A stretch of DNA of 41,666 nucleotides. Origin: Escherichia phage vB_EcoM_ECO1230-10. This document shows positions 35,432 through 41,666 of this stretch, piece after piece. The position numbers and the translations under genes are program-made. Location of the stretch: the sequence record NC_027995.1; one strand, given 5' to 3'. The notes under the pieces were generated by a model. It did no database searches. It was not told the origin of the DNA and was given only the letters and a program-made list of their open reading frames with translations. Numbering within the stretch: position 1 is the stretch's first letter; every line of letters begins with the position of its first letter.

Positions 35432-35531
35432 AGATAACCCCCACCAGGACAGCACAGGCAGCCAGCACCACCAGCAGCAAGAACAATTCATCTTTCAGCA
35501 TCGCCAGGATGCCACGCAGAAACAGTTTCAT
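35424..35531 (-). CDS. 35-aa hydrophobic membrane peptide
   Basis: MKLFLRGILAMLKDELFLLLVVLAACAVLVGVIYG; ATGA-coupled on both sides; not in ORF track. Confidence 0.35.
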   Translation of the reverse strand: MKLFLRGILAMLKDELFLLLVVLAACAVLVGVIYG

Positions 35532-35920
35532 TTGACGGCCCCTGGATATTCACCAGAATTGCAGCGCATCCACACACGCAGGCCAATTTGTTCAGGTCGA
35601 AGGCTTGCCGATTGTGGCCAGAACACCTGGCGCGCCACCCAAATGATGCGGTTCTGGTTGTTGTTGGCCAGCAGGGTGACCACGCCCTGTTCGCCTGCGC
35701 CTTTGTCGCGCAGTTCAGCGATTTTGACGGCGATTTTTTGCAGTTCCAGGCAGTAGTAAACCTGGTCAACGTCCTGCAATTCCGGCTGTGGTGCCGGTTC
35801 CTGTTCTTCCGTCACCTGGCAGTTGTCCTTTGCCGGGTCCATGCCTGGCAGGCATTCGCGCGCCTGTGCTGCTGCGCTGGTGGCCGCCAGGAGGAAAGCG
35901 GCGATGATAAGTTTTTTCAT
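35528..35920 (-). CDS. secreted/periplasmic protein with Sec signal peptide
   Basis: ATG at 35920 with AGGTGA SD; MKKLIIAAFLLAATSAAAQA signal; several Cys. Confidence 0.6.
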   Translation of the reverse strand: MKKLIIAAFLLAATSAAAQARECLPGMDPAKDNCQVTEEQEPAPQPELQDVDQVYYCLELQKIAVKIAELRDKGAGEQGVVTLLANNNQNRIIWVARQVFWPQSASLRPEQIGLRVWMRCNSGEYPGAVK

Positions 35921-35962
35921 GGTGTCACCTGTGAGAACTGCCCGGCGCACCGGGCATGGTTG

Positions 35963-36631
35963 TTATTTGCCGGTCGGAATCCCACACAGCGCGTTCAGGT
36001 CAGCGACTGACAGCGCAATGCCAGTGCATGGCTGTTTAGCAATCGGCGTAGTTTCTGGAATCAGTTCTTTTGCATCTGGCCATGCTTCCAGGAGTTTTTC
36101 CACAGTTGTGAACCCTGAAATTGTCGCTTTCAGTGTTGATTTAAGCGTGTTGTATTCTTCACGCAGTTGCGCAGCTTCCTGGTCGATAGCGTCCAGTTCT
36201 TCGCGCCATTTCGGATCGCATACGATGAAATCTTTTTCGCAGGTATGCGGTGAATATTTTTTCTCGTCGTATTCAGCCACCGATTCCTTGAATAGCGGTT
36301 CATATCGTGCATCGGTGTTAACGCCGTTGCGATAAACGTAACGAGACTGGCCGGATAAATTAACGTCTAAACGGTATTGGCTACCATCAAATTCTACTCG
36401 CACATAGCTAGCGCCTTCGTGCTTAACCTCTTTTGCAAGTTTCTCAACCTGCTCCTTGATTTCTGCCAGTCGTTCATCAGTCAGACCGTATTCACCCAGG
36501 ATAAATAGGCGCAGACGTTCAGCAAAATCAGCGCGTTTCTGAACGATAGCCAAATCACGGCCTGCAAAGTCTTTGGTTTTGATTGCGTTGGCAATGATGC
36601 CATCACGGATTGCAGCGGTTAAACGTGCCAT
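35963..36631 (-). CDS. hypothetical protein (222 aa)
   Basis: start MARLTAAI with AAGAGGAAA SD; the track's longer ORF starts at the ATG inside element A. Confidence 0.6.
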   Translation of the reverse strand: MARLTAAIRDGIIANAIKTKDFAGRDLAIVQKRADFAERLRLFILGEYGLTDERLAEIKEQVEKLAKEVKHEGASYVRVEFDGSQYRLDVNLSGQSRYVYRNGVNTDARYEPLFKESVAEYDEKKYSPHTCEKDFIVCDPKWREELDAIDQEAAQLREEYNTLKSTLKATISGFTTVEKLLEAWPDAKELIPETTPIAKQPCTGIALSVADLNALCGIPTGK

Positions 36632-36675
36632 TTTGGTGTTTCCTCTTTTGTTGTTGAGCACCTGTGTGCCGGTGA

Positions 36676-36731
36676 AATAACTATACATTTCCTTTGGTAA
36701 ATATCGCCAATCGGTTGTACCTATTAATAAA
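36676..36731 (-). promoter_or_regulatory. conserved intergenic element copy A (downstream of helicase)
   Basis: homologous to 30737-30790; contains AGGAAATG. Confidence 0.4.
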
Positions 36732-36735
36732 CACG

Positions 36736-38154
36736 CTATTTACGTTTAAATCTTCTTCCGCCCATCTTCGCTATGGCCCAACCTGATGGGTTCGGCAGCC
36801 CTCGTTTCATCGCCAGGGCGGTCAGTGCGCCAATGTCTTTGCACGCATCTTCTTCGCGCCTCATCTTGGCGCGCAGACTTTCTTTGGCGCGTTCGTCCAT
36901 TTCGCGCAGTTCACCTTCCGCCACTTCAATTTCTTTGGCTTCGGCCTGTAGTTCCTTCTGGCAGTGCGGGCACTTCGGCGGCAGCGGTCTTCGGATGGCG
37001 TTGAAACAGCCTTTGCAGATGACTGGCGGCGGTGGTCCACCAGCGCTGCTGGATTTGCTGCCGCTATCATCGCCAGCCAGTGACCATTCCCGTTCATCAT
37101 CGGGGAAGCCATGACGCAGCGCATTGCCAGCGTGGTCCAGGATGATGGCGGTTTTTCCTTTGGACGGTCGCAACACGCGCCCATCTTTCTGTAACACCAG
37201 CGACAATGATTGTGTGGGCTGCGCGTCAATCAGGCAGTCAATCGTCACGTCAGTCTGCGCGATGGCTGACAGGTCGAAACCTTCACCGAACAGGGACACG
37301 TTGAAAATCACATCCAGGTTATCGTTGGCGTAGTCCTGAATGATGCGCTTGCGTTCCGCCTTATCGGTGCCGCCGTCCAGGTGTGCGGCTCGGATGCCTG
37401 AATCAATGAATGCCTGCGTTAAATGGCGGCTGTGTGCGATGTTTACCGCAAAGCCAACCGTTTTCATGCCTTTGGCGTATTTCAGCCAGTGGCTGATGAT
37501 GTTGCCGGTTAGTTTCGGTTTATCCATCTTCTCGGCGGTTTCGCCTTTTGAGAAATCGCCCATCTGCTTGCGTACACCCTTCATGTCAGGGATGTCCGGG
37601 CAGAACATGCGATAATCAGACAGGTGGCCGTTATCCATCAGCCAGCGCACAGATGGCCCCAACACGATGTCATCAAAGTGGTCATCCAGGCCGGTGCCGT
37701 CCAGGCGCTTTGGCGTGGCTGACAGGCCGATGACATACGCGCCATTCTCAAACAGCCAGGCGTTGACGCGTGCCCAACCAGCCGCGCCACAGTGGTGCGC
37801 TTCGTCCATGATTGCCAGTTTAGGGGCGGGCAGGGTGTGCAGGCGGTTTTTCAGGGTGTCGATGCTGCACACCTGCACCCCGGCGCGCAGGTTCATGGGA
37901 TAGCCTGCGGCAATAAAGCCGTGATCAATGCCGAACTTGCGAAACGTCAGGCTGGTTTGCAGCACCAGTTCTGCGCGGTGGCAAATAAACCACACCTGCT
38001 GCCCTTTTGACGATGCTTCCCCAGCCATGAATGACGCCAGCGCAGTTTTCCCCGCGCCTGTTGGTGCCTGCAATAACACGCGCCGGTTGCGCCGCATACA
38101 AAGGCGCGCCCTATTGATAATGTCGGATTGATAGTCCCTAAGTATTACGCCCAT
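36736..38154 (-). CDS. DEAH-box superfamily-2 helicase with C-terminal zinc ribbon
   Basis: Walker A APTGAGKT; MDEAHH box; CKGC...CPHC; first gene of minus-strand early operon. Confidence 0.85.
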   Translation of the reverse strand: MGVILRDYQSDIINRARLCMRRNRRVLLQAPTGAGKTALASFMAGEASSKGQQVWFICHRAELVLQTSLTFRKFGIDHGFIAAGYPMNLRAGVQVCSIDTLKNRLHTLPAPKLAIMDEAHHCGAAGWARVNAWLFENGAYVIGLSATPKRLDGTGLDDHFDDIVLGPSVRWLMDNGHLSDYRMFCPDIPDMKGVRKQMGDFSKGETAEKMDKPKLTGNIISHWLKYAKGMKTVGFAVNIAHSRHLTQAFIDSGIRAAHLDGGTDKAERKRIIQDYANDNLDVIFNVSLFGEGFDLSAIAQTDVTIDCLIDAQPTQSLSLVLQKDGRVLRPSKGKTAIILDHAGNALRHGFPDDEREWSLAGDDSGSKSSSAGGPPPPVICKGCFNAIRRPLPPKCPHCQKELQAEAKEIEVAEGELREMDERAKESLRAKMRREEDACKDIGALTALAMKRGLPNPSGWAIAKMGGRRFKRK

Positions 38155-38348
38155 AATTATTATTCATCGCTTATCATTCAAAGTATTCGCAATTGTATGT
38201 TACTGCGTTGCTTCTGTGCAACCGCAAGTATTCGTTATTGATGTTCAGCAAAACGTGATCTGCAAAAAAAAAGCATGGCAGATGTACAGCTAAGGTTTGT
38301 TGATTAGGCCTCATGACGCCAATTAAAACCCTGTTATCGACAAAGAAG

Positions 38349-38378
38349 TTGACAGTATAACAGCACGTAAGTCATAAT
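38349..38378 (+). promoter_or_regulatory. sigma70-like promoter for plus-strand early operon
   Basis: TTGACA (38349-38354), 18-nt spacer, CATAAT (38373-38378); about 45 nt upstream of exonuclease ATG with GAGGGG SD. Confidence 0.45.
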
Positions 38379-38428
38379 TCACCGCAGTTAATCGGAAGTC
38401 ATGTTAAATAATCGTTGCGAGGGGCAAT

Positions 38429-39568
38429 ATGAAACCAGGAGTTTACGAAGGCATTTCAAACGCTGAATACCACGGCGGCCCAGGCATCAGTAAGTCTGGC
38501 CTGGATTTGGTGCACCGCAGCCCGATGCACTACAACGCTGTTGTGACTGCTGCTAATGACCGCACGCCAACACCAGCGCAGGAAATCGGCACGGCTGTGC
38601 ATATGGCAATTCTTGAACCGGAAGAATTCGCAAAAACCTATTGCATGGCGCTGCGCCGTTCTGATGTGCCTGATGCCATTGATGACCGCGAAGTGCTGGT
38701 GGAAATGGTCAACAAGCTGAATGAAGCCCGCCTGGCAAAACTGTCAACCAGCGGTAATAAAGACGCGCTTATTGACCGTATTGTTGAATTTACCACTGGA
38801 TGGGGGACACGCGAAGAACTGGAAGCGATGAAAGTCGCAGAACTCAAAGCCTTCATTGAACGAGTCAACGAAAAACGCACTGGTTTGCTTTCCACCAGCG
38901 GCAGCCGTCATGAACTGGCCAACCTGCTGCGCGAAAACGGCGTGGAAGTCACACTGTGGTCAGATGTGCTGGAAGAATGGCAGCGCAATAACAGCGAACG
39001 CAAAGTGCTGTCACCGGAAGCGTTTGAACAAATTTTTGCCATGCGTGACTCGGTAATGAATCACCCGGCAGCTTTCGCTATCCTGCACCACGTCAAAGAC
39101 ATCATTGGTGACCTGAAAACAACAGAAGATGCCAGCCCGGAAGGGTTCGCAAAGTCAATCGCAAACTGGCGCTATGACGTGCAACACGCATACTACATTG
39201 ACGGCACGCGTCTGGCGCTTGAGCAGGGCAAGTGCAATCCGCCGCAGGAAGGAAAAGCAGAGTTATCAGTTTACTGGACGGATCCGGTGACCGGCGTTCT
39301 GTGCCGCTGCCGCCCTGATTTCTGGCGTGGTTATCCTAAACACTTTGCGTTTATCGCCGTTGAGAAAAAACCGCCTTACGCAGTTGGTGTTTATGTACTG
39401 GATAGCGAAGGCGTAGAAATTGGCCGCGCACAGTACCAGCATGATTTGCGCGTGTACGCTGAATGCGTGCGTTCAGGTGAATGGCCTGGCTACGGCGATA
39501 AAGTCCAGACCATCAGCCTGCCAGGCTGGCACGCGAACAAAAACGCCCACCTGGTTGGTGCGGCTTAA
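38429..39568 (+). CDS. PD-(D/E)XK recombination exonuclease (RecE/Cas4-like fold) with SAP-like inserts
   Basis: N-terminal GISNAEYH...H.AILEP pattern; two LSTSG...L SAP-like helices; first gene of Sak4/SSB module. Confidence 0.6.
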   Translation: MKPGVYEGISNAEYHGGPGISKSGLDLVHRSPMHYNAVVTAANDRTPTPAQEIGTAVHMAILEPEEFAKTYCMALRRSDVPDAIDDREVLVEMVNKLNEARLAKLSTSGNKDALIDRIVEFTTGWGTREELEAMKVAELKAFIERVNEKRTGLLSTSGSRHELANLLRENGVEVTLWSDVLEEWQRNNSERKVLSPEAFEQIFAMRDSVMNHPAAFAILHHVKDIIGDLKTTEDASPEGFAKSIANWRYDVQHAYYIDGTRLALEQGKCNPPQEGKAELSVYWTDPVTGVLCRCRPDFWRGYPKHFAFIAVEKKPPYAVGVYVLDSEGVEIGRAQYQHDLRVYAECVRSGEWPGYGDKVQTISLPGWHANKNAHLVGAA

Positions 39569-39595
39569 TTTCCATAACCTAAGAGAATAAAAACA

Positions 39596-40585
39596 ATGGC
39601 AGTAATTAATATTCGTAAGGCAGAACGTGAAGGCGCGCGCCTGGTCATCGGCCTGGCAGGTATCAGCGGCAGTGGCAAAACCCTGTCAGCACTTATGCTG
39701 GCATACGGCCTGGCCAACGGTGACGGCACAAAGGTTGGCTTTCTCGATACTGAAAACCGCCGTGGCTCACTGTATGCCAGTGATGACACTTATGAAAAAA
39801 TCAAGGAATCACTTGGACTGAAAGAACGCCCTGACGCGTTTTGGATTGGCGATTTAGAACCTCCTTTCAGTCCGCAGCGCTACATTGACGCCATCCGCGA
39901 ATTTGAAAAGGCAGGCGTTGAAGTTCTGGTGATCGACTCCATCAGCCACGAATGGGAAGGAACAGGCGGCTGCGAAGAAATCGCCACCCTGGCCAACCCG
40001 TTGAAGCCACAATGGAACCGCGCGAAGGCGGAACACAAACGATTCATGAACGCGTTGCTGCAATCCAACATGCACATCATCTGCTGCATCCGCGCACGTG
40101 AAAAAGTGAAACTGGTGAAGGTCAACGGTAAAACGGAATATGAACCGCAAGGCATCATGCCGGTGACGGAAAAGAACGTGATGTTTGAAATGACCGCCAG
40201 CCTGATGATGTGGGATTCTGGCAGCGCGCAGCAGGTCATGAAGTGCCCGGAAGAATTGCGCGGCATCTTAGGACGTGAAACGGGCTACATTAGCGCGCAG
40301 GACGGTTTGGCGCTGCGTCAGTGGGTTCATGGTGGCAACAAGTTAGATCCGAAGGTGGAAGCCTACCGCAACAAGCTGCGCGGCGTTACAGAACAGGGTG
40401 AGCAGTACACGCAAGAATGTTGGGACAAAACCCCGCCAAATATCCGCAAGGCGTTGGGCGATGACTTCAAACAATCATTGTTGGAAGCGGCCCGCGCATA
40501 TGACGAACAGCGCACCAACGCCAACGGCGATGCGCAGGACGTTGATGATTTAAACAGCCAGGTGATGGGCACCGGCGCACAGTAG
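39596..40585 (+). CDS. Sak4-like RecA-fold ATPase (single-strand annealing/recombination)
   Basis: Walker A GISGSGKT; VLVIDSISHEW (Walker B-like); adjacent to exonuclease and SSB. Confidence 0.65.
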   Translation: MAVINIRKAEREGARLVIGLAGISGSGKTLSALMLAYGLANGDGTKVGFLDTENRRGSLYASDDTYEKIKESLGLKERPDAFWIGDLEPPFSPQRYIDAIREFEKAGVEVLVIDSISHEWEGTGGCEEIATLANPLKPQWNRAKAEHKRFMNALLQSNMHIICCIRAREKVKLVKVNGKTEYEPQGIMPVTEKNVMFEMTASLMMWDSGSAQQVMKCPEELRGILGRETGYISAQDGLALRQWVHGGNKLDPKVEAYRNKLRGVTEQGEQYTQECWDKTPPNIRKALGDDFKQSLLEAARAYDEQRTNANGDAQDVDDLNSQVMGTGAQ

Positions 40586-40598
40586 GAAAGGGTAGAAC

Positions 40599-40826
40599 AT
40601 GGCACAACCGGCACAGAAACAAAGCACGTATCTGACGCCACAGGAACTGGTGCAGCGCTGGAATGGCGCTGTTACCACCGGCACCCTGGCGAACTGGCGT
40701 AACAAAGGCAAAGGGCCAGCCTATACAAAATTTGGCTCACGCGTTCGCTACTCCATCACCAGCGTGGAAGCGTATGAAGCAAAACACATGATTGGGGCAA
40801 ATGACAATGACACGACCACCAGCTAA
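40599..40826 (+). CDS. AlpA/Xis-like HTH DNA-binding protein
   Basis: YLTPQELVQRWNGAVTTGTLANWRNKGKGPAYTKFGSRVRY matches excisionase/AlpA-type HTH. Confidence 0.55.
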   Translation: MAQPAQKQSTYLTPQELVQRWNGAVTTGTLANWRNKGKGPAYTKFGSRVRYSITSVEAYEAKHMIGANDNDTTTS

Positions 40827-41148
40827 CGGATATGAATCACTGCGCGATGTACTTGACCGGGCATTTGCGCAGGCTGCCAGTGGCAAAGGCCACGAACGTC
40901 ACGCGGTAAACAAGCCGTTTGACCAGCAGCCCATGCAAAAACTGATTGACCTTTACGGGCCAGGGTTCGCACTCGGCCAGGCAGCGAAGAAAGCGCAGGA
41001 ATCACAGCGCCTTCCAGCGGGCCGTGATGTAGCGGAACTGTTAGGCGCAATCAACTACCTGGCTGGCGCGGTCATCGCGCTGGAACGTCACCGCCAGCCG
41101 GTAGCTGGTAACGACAACGAACACGCCGCACACTTAAAACGCAAATAG
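40792..41148 (+). CDS. hypothetical protein (118 aa; true start possibly a few codons downstream)
   Basis: ORF track; overlaps preceding gene by 35 nt. Confidence 0.5.
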   Translation: MGQMTMTRPPANGYESLRDVLDRAFAQAASGKGHERHAVNKPFDQQPMQKLIDLYGPGFALGQAAKKAQESQRLPAGRDVAELLGAINYLAGAVIALERHRQPVAGNDNEHAAHLKRK

Positions 41149-41156
41149 GGGCAATT

Positions 41157-41642
41157 ATGGCCGGTTCACTGAACAAAGTAGAAATCATTGGCAACTTAGG
41201 CAACGATCCAGAAATCCGTTACATGCCAAGCGGCGGCGCGGTTGCTAATCTAAGCATCGCCACAACTGAAAGCTGGAAGGATAAAACCACCGGCGAGAAG
41301 AAAGAACAAACGGAATGGCACCGCGTTGTCATCTTCGGTAAGCTGGCAGAAATTGCTAGCGAATACCTGCGCAAAGGTAGCAAGGTGTTCATTGAAGGCA
41401 GCCTGCGAACGCGTAAATGGCAGGACCAGGCTGGCGTTGATCGCTACACCACTGAAATCAACGTGGGCATGAATGGACGGTTGTTGATGCTGTCAGCGGC
41501 CAACGATAACCAGGCCGGTGGGCAAAGCCAGGGCAGCCAGCAAGGCGGATGGGGTAATCCGCAGCAGCCAACCCACAGCGGCAAACAGAAACCACCAGCG
41601 AACGAACCCCCGATGGACTTCGATGATGACATCCCGTTTTAA
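41157..41642 (+). CDS. ssb: single-stranded DNA-binding protein
   Basis: OB-fold N-terminus ([33 protein letters not shown]), Gly/Gln-rich linker, acidic tail DFDDDIPF. Confidence 0.9.
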   Translation: MAGSLNKVEIIGNLGNDPEIRYMPSGGAVANLSIATTESWKDKTTGEKKEQTEWHRVVIFGKLAEIASEYLRKGSKVFIEGSLRTRKWQDQAGVDRYTTEINVGMNGRLLMLSAANDNQAGGQSQGSQQGGWGNPQQPTHSGKQKPPANEPPMDFDDDIPF

Positions 41643-41666
41643 TTCCAAATAATTCTAAGTAATTAG

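Noticed and set aside
35488-35769. ORF 35488-35769 (minus strand, 93 aa)
   Set aside because: It overlaps, out of frame, the signal-peptide protein gene (35528-35920), which has a canonical RBS and signal sequence; the 93-aa translation is low-complexity.
38130-38138. Extra GATAGTCCC copy inside the helicase N-terminal codons as a functional iteron
   Set aside because: A single 9-mer occurrence is compatible with chance (about 0.3 expected per window); mentioned only as a possible operator.
1-41666. Integrase, attL/attR, CI-type repressor, CRISPR array, rRNA
   Set aside because: No ORF shows tyrosine or serine recombinase motifs or LexA-like repressor features, and there are no regularly spaced direct repeats or rRNA-like sequence. 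Absence is by manual inspection only.

Overview
The window reads as one essentially complete, gene-dense tailed-phage (or prophage) genome of about 41.7 kb, with most genes on the minus strand. Its architecture is mosaic. (1) A lambda-type packaging and head module: Nu1-like small terminase, gpA-like large terminase, lambda-family portal, and an HK97-fold major capsid protein fused in one ORF to a prohead protease. (2) A P2/Mu-type contractile-tail module: completion proteins, baseplate V-W-J-I, two fibre genes plus a Tfa-like chaperone, sheath, tube, E/E' chaperone with a -1 frameshift site, tape measure, U, X, D. (3) A P2-like lysis cassette (holin, second membrane protein, K-type lysozyme, nested spanins) headed by a Mor/C-family activator. 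(4) An early region with a DEAH helicase, P4-type primase, VRR-NUC nuclease, a small MTase-like protein and a Cro-like HTH, plus a plus-strand recombination operon (PD-(D/E)XK exonuclease, Sak4-like ATPase, Xis-like HTH, SSB). No integrase, CI-type repressor, rRNA, complete tRNA or CRISPR array was recognised. The plus-strand operon at the right edge appears to continue across the window boundary into the terminator and SprT-like gene at the left edge, which suggests a circular or permuted assembly. The most notable non-genic signals are an 18-nt motif repeated five times in one orientation at late-gene junctions, a 9-bp iteron cluster with an AT-rich tract upstream of the late operon, and an intergenic element repeated three times in the early region. 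No recognisable named system (defence, anti-defence or other) was identified; the candidate accessory islands are reported as findings. All functional calls come from reading motifs in the supplied translations; no database search was run. Manually derived coordinates may be off by 1-2 nt.
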